Assembly: GCA_965653625.1 (NCBI GenBank)
Contig: CBFHAS010000002.1
Coordinates: forward strand, 2,335 to 66,334
Direction: 5' to 3'
DNA: 64,000 nt
Origin: an uncultured Burkholderiaceae bacterium
GTDB lineage: Bacteria; Pseudomonadota; Gammaproteobacteria; Burkholderiales; Burkholderiaceae_C
The notes beneath the pieces are model-generated. The model ran no database searches, had not been told where the DNA came from, and saw only the letters and a list, made by a program, of their open reading frames with translations. A program made the translations under genes and the position numbers. Shown here piece by piece: positions 39,893-49,281 of this stretch. Position 1 is the stretch's first letter, and every line of letters begins with the position of its first letter.

Positions 39893-40599
39893 TCCTTTTC
39901 CTTCTGGTTCAGCGCCACGGGGGTCGGCTTGCGGTTGCGCAGGTCAGCCACCCACTTGGAGACGGTGGCATCGCCGCCCGGCGACAAGCTCAGGTAGCGG
40001 TCATACAGGGCGAGTGCGCGCGCGCCATCGCCGAGGTACAGGTCGTGCAGGATGCCGAGGTTGAGCTGCGGCGCGGCGTAGTTCGAGTCCAGCGCGATGG
40101 CTTGCTCATAGGCTTGGCGGGCCTGCGTGAAGCGGCCTTGCATGCGGTACGTGATGCCTAGCTGGTTGAAATAGATCGGCTGCTGTGGGTTGGCCTTCAC
40201 GGCTTGCTCCAGCGCAGCGGCGGACTCATCGAGCCTGCCGGCCTGGCGCAGCAAGAGACCGAGGTTGGCGTGCGGGCCGCCCAGTTCGGGATGCGAGCCG
40301 GCGAGTGCGCGAAAGCCCTGCTCGGCCTGCGCGGTACGCCCGTCGCGCAGGGAGCGAAGCGCATCGTCGTACGCTCGCTGCACGGCCGGCGCCACGGGCT
40401 CCGCGGCAGTGCGCTCAGGCGTCGCCGTGACCGCGGCAGGCGCCGACTCGGCAGCGGCCGACGCGAACTGCCCGACCGGCACCATTTTGTACACGGCGTG
40501 CTTCAGAGCCTCGACCGGCTTGTCTGCGGACGCGCAGCCGACGAGTGCGAGGGCCAGCGCCATCGTCGCGCCGCGTTGTGTGCGTTCAGCGAATCGCAT
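39889..40599 (-). CDS. TPR lipoprotein (GltE/AglT-like)
   Basis: Lipobox LVGC; TPR repeats (NLGLLLRQAG, NQLGITYRMQG, NLGILHDLY). Confidence 0.8.
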   Translation of the reverse strand: MRFAERTQRGATMALALALVGCASADKPVEALKHAVYKMVPVGQFASAAAESAPAAVTATPERTAAEPVAPAVQRAYDDALRSLRDGRTAQAEQGFRALAGSHPELGGPHANLGLLLRQAGRLDESAAALEQAVKANPQQPIYFNQLGITYRMQGRFTQARQAYEQAIALDSNYAAPQLNLGILHDLYLGDGARALALYDRYLSLSPGGDATVSKWVADLRNRKPTPVALNQKEKE

Positions 40600-43405
40600 C
40601 GATCGCCCCCTCGCTGTGTTCGTTCTTGCCGTAACGCACCGGGCGTAGCTCGCGCAACGCAGTGAAGCTGCGTTGCACCCAGGTGTCGTAGATGCCGGCA
40701 GCCGCGCGCCGTGTGTTCACCTCGTGCAGCTCGGTGGCCTTCTCTTCGAACGGGAATGCCTGCTCCTCCAGCAGCACGTCGTACTGCTCGCGTTCCAGCT
40801 TGGACAGCTTCCTCGGCCGCTCGGACGCGAGAAGCGCGCGACCGAAATCCTGGTATAGCGACGCGGTGTGGAAGGTGGCCGCGGTGGTCACGTCAGCCAC
40901 GCCGTAGTCGGCCGCGACGGCGTAGGCTTTGAGCACCTCTTCCATGCGGGTCTTTTTCAACTTGAGCTGGCGCGCCAGGGGTTCCACCAGCGCGACCTTG
41001 CGGTAAGCCTCGAGCGTCGGCGCCGCCATGGCAAGCGCCGCCATGCCTCCCAGATACCGAGTGCGCGGCGTGCGTGCCGCGCCGCCTCGCTGGTCAGCCT
41101 GGAAGACTTCCTTCATCAGGGCCAGCTCGCGTGCGGATTGGCCCTCGGCGTGCGCGAGGCCGGCCAGGCGATAGCGCGCCTCGACCGATCGCTCCAGCGG
41201 CTGCGGGTACTTCTTCGCATAGCTTTCATAGGCGTTCGCCGCCGCGGCTCGCGAACCGCCCTTTTCGTGCAGCTCGGCCGCCTGCCAGAGAGCATCACGC
41301 GCCAGCGTCGCGTCATTACCGGTAGCCGCCAGGCGCTCGAGTTCGCTGGCAGCCTGCGACCACCGGCTTTGCTCCATGTAAGCCAGGGTCAGCTTGTTAC
41401 CTACCTCGCCCTGTAGCGGATGCTGCGGGAAGCGTCGGCGAAAGTCTTCGAGCCTGCGTGCAGCGGCGTCCCAGTCCTTCAGCCCGATGAGCGCGGCGGC
41501 CGCGTCGTACTGCGCCGCGACGCGCACGGCCGACTGCGGGGCGACCTGGCCCACGCGATCGAAATGCCCGACCGCCGTGCGCAACTCTCCTGCCTCGCGT
41601 GCCTTTTCACCCTGCTTGTAGACCGATGCCGCAAGCCGCTCCACCAGCTCGGAGCGACCTTTCTCCTTGTCGTCCCTGAGCGCCAATGCCTCGCCGTAAG
41701 CCTGCTCCGCGCGGTCAAACGTGCCGCGGTCGAAGGCCGTGTGCGCAATCACCGTCCACGCCACGCGGCGCTGTGCCGGCGACGCCTGCGGCTTGATGTC
41801 GAGCACCCGCTGCGCGACCGAGGCGGCTTCGCCGTCATTCATGGCGAAGAGCATCTCGGCTGCACGGGTCAGCACCGCTCCCGCACGAGAGTCGGCCGCG
41901 AAGGCATCGGCAAAGCGCAGCGCACTGGCGACCGCTTCGCGCTGCTGCGCGGGAAGATCACCGGCCGCGGCGCGCCTTTCCTGCTGCGCATGGGCGAGCA
42001 ACGCGGAGTAGCCTGCGTCGGCGCTGCGTGCGTGCGCGGGGTAGCCGTAGGCCGTCTTTTCGTACTCGGCGATGGCCTCGGCAAACCGCTGGTTCTCGAA
42101 CAACAGCTCGGCGAGGAGGAAGTTGTTGTGCGGCGCGTCGCCATCGTTGGGGAAGGACTCCAGCCAGGCGCGGTACCAGCGCACCGCCTCCTCGACATCG
42201 GCGCTGCTCCTGCTCTTTTGCGCAGTGGCGTGGCTGTGGCGCGCCAGCTCCGCCAGCTGCGTCTTGACCAGCGGTTGCGCGCGCCCCCAAGCCTGCGGAT
42301 TGGCGCGGCGGAAGTCACTGGCGATGCCGTAACGCACCACGTATTCCTTCTTGGCATCGAGGGCCAGCGTGCCGAACCCGGCCTGCTGGTAAATCTCGAT
42401 GACGCGCGTCTGCAGTTGGGGCGCCCGCTCGTGCAGCGGATGCTCGCGTGCGAACAAGGCAAAGGTGTCGGCCGCGTCCTTGACACGCTCCTGGCGCAGG
42501 TACAGCTCGCCGAGCTGCTCGTACACGCGGAACTCGTAGCTGCGCCTTTGCGGGCTGTCCATGTACGGGGCGATGGACGCCGCGCCTTGCAGGTTGGCCA
42601 GGCACAGGCTGGAGACGCGGAAGGTGTCCTCCACCAGCTCGCGGTCGGCGCGCGTGAGGCCCTTCAGGGTATCGAATCCGCCCTCGCCTTCGCGGTCAGC
42701 GACCTTTCGGTCCAGCACACCGAGGAAGGAGTGCAGCGCATCCTCCAGCCGGCCCTGTTTGAACAACGACCAGCCGTGCATGTACAGCGCGCGCTCGTGA
42801 TACGGGTTGCCGCTGTCGCCCTTCAGCACGGTGGCGTACGCCTGTTCGGCCTTCGCGTAGGCACGCATGGCAAACAGCAGCTCGCCGCGGCGGAAATGAG
42901 CCTCGTCGCCATGGTGAGTCGCCGGGTACTGGGCCACCAGCCGGTCGAGAGTTGCCAGCGCGGGTTCCAACTGGCCGCCTTGCTCGTGCGCGCGGGCCAG
43001 CTGATAGAGCACTCGATCGTTGGCCGGATTTTGCGGATAAGCCTTGAGGTATTCCTCGTAGCGCGCGATGGCGGCACGGTAGTCGGGGCCCGAGCCGGCA
43101 GCATCGCTGGCGCTCTGCCGGTCGGCACTGTCCATCTCGAGGTCCGCAATGCGGCGCATCGCATCGGCGCGCTGCGGCGCATGCGGCGCCACTTCGAGGA
43201 ACTTGCGATACGCGGCGATGGCCTGTTCCTCGCTGGGCGCGATGCCCGGATCCGGCTCCACCTTCACGCTGCGGCCTTCCAGAGTCTTGAGTGTGGGCGG
43301 CTCCGGCGGGATGGCGTTGCGCTTGCTGGCGCAGGCCGCCAGCCCGCACGCCACCATCACCGCGAGCAGCGCGCGGCCGGGGCTACTGGGGCTGCTGCGT
43401 CGCAT
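40586..43405 (-). CDS. Large TPR lipoprotein (GltD/AgmU-like)
   Basis: Lipobox LAAC; many TPR-like helical repeats; C-terminal LEEQAFPFEEKA. Confidence 0.8.
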   Translation of the reverse strand: MRRSSPSSPGRALLAVMVACGLAACASKRNAIPPEPPTLKTLEGRSVKVEPDPGIAPSEEQAIAAYRKFLEVAPHAPQRADAMRRIADLEMDSADRQSASDAAGSGPDYRAAIARYEEYLKAYPQNPANDRVLYQLARAHEQGGQLEPALATLDRLVAQYPATHHGDEAHFRRGELLFAMRAYAKAEQAYATVLKGDSGNPYHERALYMHGWSLFKQGRLEDALHSFLGVLDRKVADREGEGGFDTLKGLTRADRELVEDTFRVSSLCLANLQGAASIAPYMDSPQRRSYEFRVYEQLGELYLRQERVKDAADTFALFAREHPLHERAPQLQTRVIEIYQQAGFGTLALDAKKEYVVRYGIASDFRRANPQAWGRAQPLVKTQLAELARHSHATAQKSRSSADVEEAVRWYRAWLESFPNDGDAPHNNFLLAELLFENQRFAEAIAEYEKTAYGYPAHARSADAGYSALLAHAQQERRAAAGDLPAQQREAVASALRFADAFAADSRAGAVLTRAAEMLFAMNDGEAASVAQRVLDIKPQASPAQRRVAWTVIAHTAFDRGTFDRAEQAYGEALALRDDKEKGRSELVERLAASVYKQGEKAREAGELRTAVGHFDRVGQVAPQSAVRVAAQYDAAAALIGLKDWDAAARRLEDFRRRFPQHPLQGEVGNKLTLAYMEQSRWSQAASELERLAATGNDATLARDALWQAAELHEKGGSRAAAANAYESYAKKYPQPLERSVEARYRLAGLAHAEGQSARELALMKEVFQADQRGGAARTPRTRYLGGMAALAMAAPTLEAYRKVALVEPLARQLKLKKTRMEEVLKAYAVAADYGVADVTTAATFHTASLYQDFGRALLASERPRKLSKLEREQYDVLLEEQAFPFEEKATELHEVNTRRAAAGIYDTWVQRSFTALRELRPVRYGKNEHSEGAIDAIR

Positions 43406-45293
43406 CACTGGGGTTCCTTGCCAGGCTGGCGCGGTCGTAGAGCTGCGCCACGGCGAAGCGCGCCTGCATGGCGTACACCGCGAGTCGCTCCTTCTGGTGG
43501 GTGAGTTCGGCCACGGCGATGTCTTCCACTGCGCGCTGCTGTTCAGCCACAAGCGTGGTCACTTGAGGGATGAGGGCCTGGACGCGCCCGTTGAGTTGGG
43601 CGATGCGCCGTCCGAAGGCATCGAAGCGCGCCGGCTCGTCGCGCTGCGCCTGCACGAGCGCCGCATCGCGGCTGCGGGCCTCGGCCAATTGCCGGTCCAC
43701 GATGTCCATGTCCTTCTTCGCGGCCCAGGCGCGTGCCGGGAAGTCCTGCGCCAACTGCCACGTGAGCACGCCGGCGGCGACACGGGCATGCTGGCGAGCA
43801 TCACCGTAGTCGGGCTGGTTTCCGAGCCTCGCAAGCGTTTCCCTCACACCGGCCAGCCGGGCCATCAACGCGCGCTCGCGCTCGTTGGCGAAAGCCAACC
43901 CGGTGGCGGTGCTCATGGCTTCGGAGAATTCGCTGGCCAGCGCGTTGCGGCGCTGCTCCAACCCGGCGATGCCGCGCGTGCTGTCCTTCGCGCCTGCCAG
44001 CACCTGCGGCAGACGCTCGGTATAGGCGTGGCGGCGGTTGTCGAGCATGTCGACGAAGACCGCGAGTTGCTCGTCCCAATGCGCCAGGTTGCGGCCCAGG
44101 AAACGCAAGTCGCGCAGGTTCTTGAACGACTCCTGGAACTCGTGCTGCGCGAGTACCTGGGCCAGATGGCCGGCGTAGGGCATCTCGGGCAAGACGCGCA
44201 GCGCCCACGCCTGGCCGGCGTTGTCGCCTGGGTTGCGCTCCAGCAGACCCTCCACCAGCTTGCCGGCGCGGATGGCGGCGATGGATTCATCGAGCTGAGC
44301 GCTCTCTCGCTCGAACAGCGTGATCGCGTCCTGGTATCGCGCGAGCGACTGCCCGTAGGCGCCCAGCTCGGCATAGGCGTAGGGCACCGCGATGCGCGCT
44401 TCGAGCACCGCGGCGTCGGAGCCGTCGCGGTCGAGAAGCTCCATCCAGGGCACCAGGGCCAGCTTGGGCTGGTGCAGCGAGGCAGCGGCCCAGCCGAAGC
44501 CGAGCAGGGCCTTGTTCGAATCCATGGCAGACAAACGCACGCGCGACAGTGCGTGGCGCGCCGCCTGCGGACGCTGATCCTGCAGCGCGGCGAAGCCGAG
44601 CGCGACATTGGCGCGGTCTCGCAGGCTGCGGAACTCCTCGACCGGCATGTGGGCTGGCGTGGGCGAGCCGCCCAGCTCATCGAGCATGGCCGTGCCTCGC
44701 TCGGCGTCGCCGCTGCGCACGAGCGCCACGCCGAGGTTGAAGCGGGCATACCAGGTGGCCTTGGCTTGCTGCGCCATGCCGTTCAGCACGCCGGCGGCAC
44801 CGGCATGGTCGCCGCGCGCCATGAGCAGGTTGGCGTGCAACAGCGCGCGCTCCTCTTCCAGTTCGCCGGGCAGAACGCCGTCGATGCGCGCCAGCGCATC
44901 GACGGCCTCAGCGTCGAAGCCGCGCTGGTAGCGGATCTTGGCGAGGAAAAACCAGGCGCGGTTGCGCACCGAGGGCACTGCCCCTTTGTCGATGAGCTCG
45001 GCGAAGATGCGGCCCGCTTCGCGGTGCAACCCGTACGACAGCAGCATGCCGCCGCGCAGCAACTCGGCTTCGTCGGCATGCAACACGACGCGGCCGAAAT
45101 GCTGCGAGGCCATCAGGGTGGTGATGGCGGTGAAGTGGCTGTCCTGGAAGAAATGGAACAGCGTGTCGCCGTAATGGGGCTCGCGCACCGGCTGCGGCGC
45201 CGGCCCGGCAGAAGGCTCGGCCTGCACGCCGACGGCGCATAGCCCGGCCGCCGCGGCCAGCACTGCGTGGCGGAGAAAGCGGTGCAGGCGCAT
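43383..45293 (-). CDS. Periplasmic TPR / coiled-coil protein (GltC-like)
   Basis: Signal peptide (GVQA); TPR-like N-half; coiled-coil C-half. Confidence 0.75.
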   Translation of the reverse strand: MRLHRFLRHAVLAAAAGLCAVGVQAEPSAGPAPQPVREPHYGDTLFHFFQDSHFTAITTLMASQHFGRVVLHADEAELLRGGMLLSYGLHREAGRIFAELIDKGAVPSVRNRAWFFLAKIRYQRGFDAEAVDALARIDGVLPGELEEERALLHANLLMARGDHAGAAGVLNGMAQQAKATWYARFNLGVALVRSGDAERGTAMLDELGGSPTPAHMPVEEFRSLRDRANVALGFAALQDQRPQAARHALSRVRLSAMDSNKALLGFGWAAASLHQPKLALVPWMELLDRDGSDAAVLEARIAVPYAYAELGAYGQSLARYQDAITLFERESAQLDESIAAIRAGKLVEGLLERNPGDNAGQAWALRVLPEMPYAGHLAQVLAQHEFQESFKNLRDLRFLGRNLAHWDEQLAVFVDMLDNRRHAYTERLPQVLAGAKDSTRGIAGLEQRRNALASEFSEAMSTATGLAFANERERALMARLAGVRETLARLGNQPDYGDARQHARVAAGVLTWQLAQDFPARAWAAKKDMDIVDRQLAEARSRDAALVQAQRDEPARFDAFGRRIAQLNGRVQALIPQVTTLVAEQQRAVEDIAVAELTHQKERLAVYAMQARFAVAQLYDRASLARNPSDATQQPQ

Positions 45294-45298
45294 CGCGG

Positions 45299-45898
45299 CT
45301 ATTGCCACACTTTGACGTCGAACTCGGGCTGCAGCTTGCCGGCCGAATCTTTGATGCGCAGCTCGATGTACTTCGGATCGGTTCCCTTGTCGAAGCGCAT
45401 CGTCGCACCGCGCTTGTAGTCACGCGTGTGCGGCCCCCGGCCAGTGAAGAAGGCCACGAGCTCATGCGCGCCCGCCTTCAGGTTGCCCAAGTACAGGCGC
45501 TGCACGCCACCTCGATGCAGTGCCTGCACTTCCAGCGGTGTGTAGAGGTAGTTGGCCACCACCTTGTCATCGAGCTTGACCTGCACGGAATCCAGCTCGA
45601 AGAGCTTGCCCACGTCCATGGAGACGAACACCGCCACCTGCGTGCCGGCGGGAAACAGAAGCTCCTCTTCCAGCACCAACAGGTCGCGGTTGAGCTTGAT
45701 GACGTCGGCCTTGGCGTCCTGGACGCGCGTGTCGAGGCCGGTGCGCGAATCGGGCGCGCTGGCCGCCGAAGCGGCGGAGGCGGGCGAGGCGGGTGCCGCC
45801 ACCGCGGTCGGCGCTGCATCCGCGGCCTGCGCCAAGGGTGACCACGCAAAGCCGGCGAAGAGCATCGCGGCGAGGATCAAACGGCATCGAGTCAGCAT
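45299..45898 (-). CDS. Conserved secreted hypothetical protein
   Basis: Signal peptide (LAQA), Ala-rich linker, coiled coil LNRDLLVLEEELLFP, beta-rich C-terminus. Confidence 0.75.
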   Translation of the reverse strand: MLTRCRLILAAMLFAGFAWSPLAQAADAAPTAVAAPASPASAASAASAPDSRTGLDTRVQDAKADVIKLNRDLLVLEEELLFPAGTQVAVFVSMDVGKLFELDSVQVKLDDKVVANYLYTPLEVQALHRGGVQRLYLGNLKAGAHELVAFFTGRGPHTRDYKRGATMRFDKGTDPKYIELRIKDSAGKLQPEFDVKVWQ

Positions 45899-45912
45899 GG
45901 GAGCACTCTGTG

Positions 45913-47073
45913 TCAGTAGGTCGCCGTCACGTACAGCTGGAGCACGTTGGCATTGAACGAATAGGGCTTTCCGCTGCGAACGTCGGTGAAGTCCTTGTAG
46001 CGAAAGTTCACCAGCTCCCATGCGCCGTGCGCCTTGAGCTCGTACCGGCCCGGCACGCGCTTCCAGTCGTACGAAAGCTTGGCGCCCAGCCCGGTGCTGG
46101 TGAACGTGCTGAGCTGCCGGTTGCGCGTGACGTAGAGCGTCTCCGCGGTGGCGTTGTCGCTGTAGAACAGGGCCTTGTCCTGCGTGTGCAACCGCAGCGT
46201 GGCATCGCCCAGCCAGCGCTCGCGGAAGTAGCGGCGGTAGCCGGCCTCCAGGGTGTGCGCCTTGATATCCCAGTTGTCCCAGAAATAGCGGTACTGGCCA
46301 TGCAGCGCGTCGCGCGAGCCCAGGTCGAACGCGGTGCGCAGCGAGAGGGCCCGCGACGAGCGCGTGCGCGGCAGCCGCTCCGGAACGGCGGCCCCGAAAA
46401 CACGCGCCACACGGTAGGGGCTGCCGAGGAAGCCGTCGTCGGCGATCACCTCGAAGTTCGCGCTCATGAGCCAGCGCGGCGTGAGGATCTGCGTGGCACC
46501 GAGGCGGTACTGCCAGTGCTTCACGTTGTCGAAGAAGCCGGGCGTGCCTTTCTGGCCGACCTTGTCGCTGGAGCGGGTGAAGCCCAGCGTCACGGTGGTC
46601 ATGCCGCCGAAGGTCTCCTGGCTCACATCGACACCGGCGCTCGAGACTTGGTAGTCGGGCTCCCGGCTGGTCGATGCCGACAGCGTGATCTGCGAATCGC
46701 GCACCACGTAGTCGGCGGCGAGGCCGTACTCCGTGCGTGTCTCCTTGTACGGGCTGGCGGTGGTGACTACGTCGATGGAGGCGCTGCTCACCGCATCGAC
46801 GTAGTACGACCCCGACAGCGAGACCTTGTCAGCCAGGCTCTTGCGCACCAGCAGCGCGGGGCCCGCGGCGGTGAGCCCGCCTCCCTTGTAGACGTGCAGC
46901 ATCGCCTCGCCGCTGTCCTCGGGCAGCGTCACTGCGCGGCCCGTGCCCGCGGCCAGCACGCCACCGAGCACTCCGGCAATCTTGGCCATGCCCGCATACG
47001 GCACCCGGCCCAACACCGCGCCGAGCCGGCGCCACGCGCGCAAGACGCCGACGCAGAGGCTACTTGCACCCAC
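45913..47073 (-). CDS. DUF3570-family predicted outer-membrane beta-barrel
   Basis: VDAVSSASIDVVTTASPY, SREPDY, alternating amphipathic strands, terminal aromatic residue; GTG start overlapping DUF4266 end inferred. Confidence 0.8.
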   Translation of the reverse strand: MGASSLCVGVLRAWRRLGAVLGRVPYAGMAKIAGVLGGVLAAGTGRAVTLPEDSGEAMLHVYKGGGLTAAGPALLVRKSLADKVSLSGSYYVDAVSSASIDVVTTASPYKETRTEYGLAADYVVRDSQITLSASTSREPDYQVSSAGVDVSQETFGGMTTVTLGFTRSSDKVGQKGTPGFFDNVKHWQYRLGATQILTPRWLMSANFEVIADDGFLGSPYRVARVFGAAVPERLPRTRSSRALSLRTAFDLGSRDALHGQYRYFWDNWDIKAHTLEAGYRRYFRERWLGDATLRLHTQDKALFYSDNATAETLYVTRNRQLSTFTSTGLGAKLSYDWKRVPGRYELKAHGAWELVNFRYKDFTDVRSGKPYSFNANVLQLYVTATY

Positions 47074-47302
47074 AGCCGCCTCCTTGCACGCCGGAACCAC
47101 CGCGCGATGCCTCACGCACGTCGCGCACGTGTTCACGATGCTTGTCGGGCAGCGCGGCGCCGCTGCCGAACTTCATGATCGGATCGGCCAGGCGCTCGCG
47201 CTCATATGGCTTGACCCAGGGCTCGATAGAGGCGCAGCCCCCCAACCCACAGGCCATGATGAGCGCCGCCAGCCGCGCTGCGATGAGGATGCGTGAGTTC
47301 AT
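47060..47302 (-). CDS. DUF4266-family small lipoprotein
   Basis: Lipobox LGGC, VKPYERERLADPIM, C-terminal GGGCGCK. Confidence 0.85.
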   Translation of the reverse strand: MNSRILIAARLAALIMACGLGGCASIEPWVKPYERERLADPIMKFGSGAALPDKHREHVRDVREASRGGSGVQGGGCGCK

Positions 47303-47814
47303 TCCTTCAGCAAGTCCCGGATCTGCTGCTCATAGGTCTGCTCCATGCCTTCGCGGTAGCCGCGGTGCAGGAAACGTGCGCGTCCATCGCGGTCGATGAG
47401 CACGGTGGCCGGCATGGCGCTCAAGTCGTACAGCCGGCTCACGCGCTTGTCGGTGTCCAGCAGCACAGGGAACTTCAGGCCGAGCCGCAAAGCCAGCTCG
47501 GCGGCAGCCTTCGCGTCCTCGTCGATGTTCACGCCCAGCAGCACGAAACCCGAAGGCCGGTACTTCTCGTACAGACGATTCAGATGCGGCATCTCCTGCC
47601 GGCAAGGGCCGCACCAGGTGGCCCAGAAGTTGACCAGCACCACCTGCCCGCGCTGCTCCTGCAAGCGCAGGTTGGGCCCGTCCACGCGGCGCAGCGTGAA
47701 GTCTGGCGCGGCAGCGAACAGCGCGACAGCGGACATCGCCGCCGACGCGCCAGCCGCCAGCGTGGCAGCCAGCAACGCGCGAGCGGCGCGGCGCAGGACG
47801 CATCGGTACGTCAT
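47299..47814 (-). CDS. TlpA/ResA-family thiol-disulfide oxidoreductase
   Basis: VNFWATWCGPC, cis-Pro AMPATVLID, N-terminal export signal. Confidence 0.92.
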   Translation of the reverse strand: MTYRCVLRRAARALLAATLAAGASAAMSAVALFAAAPDFTLRRVDGPNLRLQEQRGQVVLVNFWATWCGPCRQEMPHLNRLYEKYRPSGFVLLGVNIDEDAKAAAELALRLGLKFPVLLDTDKRVSRLYDLSAMPATVLIDRDGRARFLHRGYREGMEQTYEQQIRDLLKE

Positions 47815-47826
47815 CGTGGGCTCCCT

Positions 47827-48486
47827 TCAGAAGTAGTACGACAGCCCGGACGTCAGCTCCAGGTTCTGCGTGGTCTGCCGCCTGCCGAGCAGGTCGAGCG
47901 AGTAGATGTGGTCGCGCATGTCCACCTGCACCGACCAGCGATCGGCCAGCATGAGGCGCACGCCGAGGCCAAAGTTGAAGGTGTGCCGACGCTGCTCGAT
48001 GAAGCGTGTGCTGCCCACGCCGCCCATCAGATAAATGGCAGTGGCCTTGGCGCGATTGCTGCCGATGAAAACTTCGCCAGGCAGCACGTTGTAGCCGGCG
48101 GAGAAGTTGTAGTAGGTCAGCTTCTCCTTGGGACGTGTGAACACGCCGCCCGGCAGGATCTGGCGGAAGTTCTCGTCGCTCACGCGAGTCTGCGCCAGCG
48201 TGGCCTGCACGAAGATGTCTTCGCTGATGTGGTAGCCCAGGCGCATACCCGCCACCGCGCTGGACCCGAAGTTCTCTGTGGCGTAGGTTCCGGCAAACAG
48301 GCCGACCTCGATGTCCTTGGAGGGAAAGCGTGGCAGCGGGATCTGGCGCCGCTCGACTTGCGGCTGGATCACCTGATCGCCGGCGGGCTGCGGGGCCTGC
48401 TGAGCCAGCGCGGCGGCCGGCGCGATGGCGACGGCCGCCAGGAGAGCAGCGGCGAAGAGCGAGTCGACGGATGTCTTTGGGGTCAT
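47827..48486 (-). CDS. Outer-membrane beta-barrel protein (GltA/B/H-like OMP family)
   Basis: Signal peptide (ALA), about 8 amphipathic strands, C-terminal SYYF. Confidence 0.8.
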   Translation of the reverse strand: MTPKTSVDSLFAAALLAAVAIAPAAALAQQAPQPAGDQVIQPQVERRQIPLPRFPSKDIEVGLFAGTYATENFGSSAVAGMRLGYHISEDIFVQATLAQTRVSDENFRQILPGGVFTRPKEKLTYYNFSAGYNVLPGEVFIGSNRAKATAIYLMGGVGSTRFIEQRRHTFNFGLGVRLMLADRWSVQVDMRDHIYSLDLLGRRQTTQNLELTSGLSYYF

Positions 48487-48495
48487 GGTCGTCGG

Positions 48496-49281
48496 TCAGA
48501 AGAAGAACGCGAGTCCGGCCGTGAAGGCCTTGAACTCGCTGCTGCGCGTGTCGGCCACAAAGGCGGTGTAGAAGGAGTAATCAGCGCGCAGCACGAAGCG
48601 CTCGGTGAGATGCCAGCGCAGCCCGATGCCGGCGTGAGCCAGCTTCGCGTCTGTGGGCAGCGCGCCCACGAGGCTCAGGTTCGGCACATTGCGGAACCTG
48701 CCGAAGCCCACGCCGAAGAAGGGCGACAGCCGCCGGTCGGACCACGGCTCGGACACGAGTCCGACATGCCAGAAGTCGCTGCCCGAGTACAAGCCCTGCA
48801 CCTGGCCCAGGTCGCCTTCGAGGCTGAGCGTTTCAGACACGCGCCAGCCGGTCCAGAGCTTGAGCATCGGCTTGGCATCGAAGCGGCCCCACGCGACGCC
48901 GAACTGCACCTTGCGGCCCAGGTAGTCGTCGAGCATCACGTCGCGGAAGGTCTTGGTGCCGCCTGCCTCCGTGAGCGTGGTTTCGAGCTGATGGCGATGC
49001 ACCCAGCCGACCTTGCCGCCCGCTGTGCGGACCTTGTACCAGTCGGTGTGGCGCAACTCGACCTCGATCCACTCAGAACGTGCGGCCACGAAGAAGACGG
49101 GGTAGCCGCGTCCCGGCCCGGTGCGAAGCTCGATGTACGGATCGGTGACTTGCAGTCTTTCCAGCGCCGGCTCGGCGGCACGCGAGGGCATGGCGGCCAA
49201 GGCACACCAGCCCAGGAGCAAGGCCGCCAGGATGCGCGGCACGGTGCCCCACAGGGTCATGAGCGAGGGCTGAAGTCTCAT
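48496..49281 (-). CDS. SH3b domain + outer-membrane beta-barrel protein
   Basis: IELRTGPGRGYPVF...WYKVRTAGGKVGWV (SH3b), then barrel ending LAFFF. Confidence 0.8.
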   Translation of the reverse strand: MRLQPSLMTLWGTVPRILAALLLGWCALAAMPSRAAEPALERLQVTDPYIELRTGPGRGYPVFFVAARSEWIEVELRHTDWYKVRTAGGKVGWVHRHQLETTLTEAGGTKTFRDVMLDDYLGRKVQFGVAWGRFDAKPMLKLWTGWRVSETLSLEGDLGQVQGLYSGSDFWHVGLVSEPWSDRRLSPFFGVGFGRFRNVPNLSLVGALPTDAKLAHAGIGLRWHLTERFVLRADYSFYTAFVADTRSSEFKAFTAGLAFFF

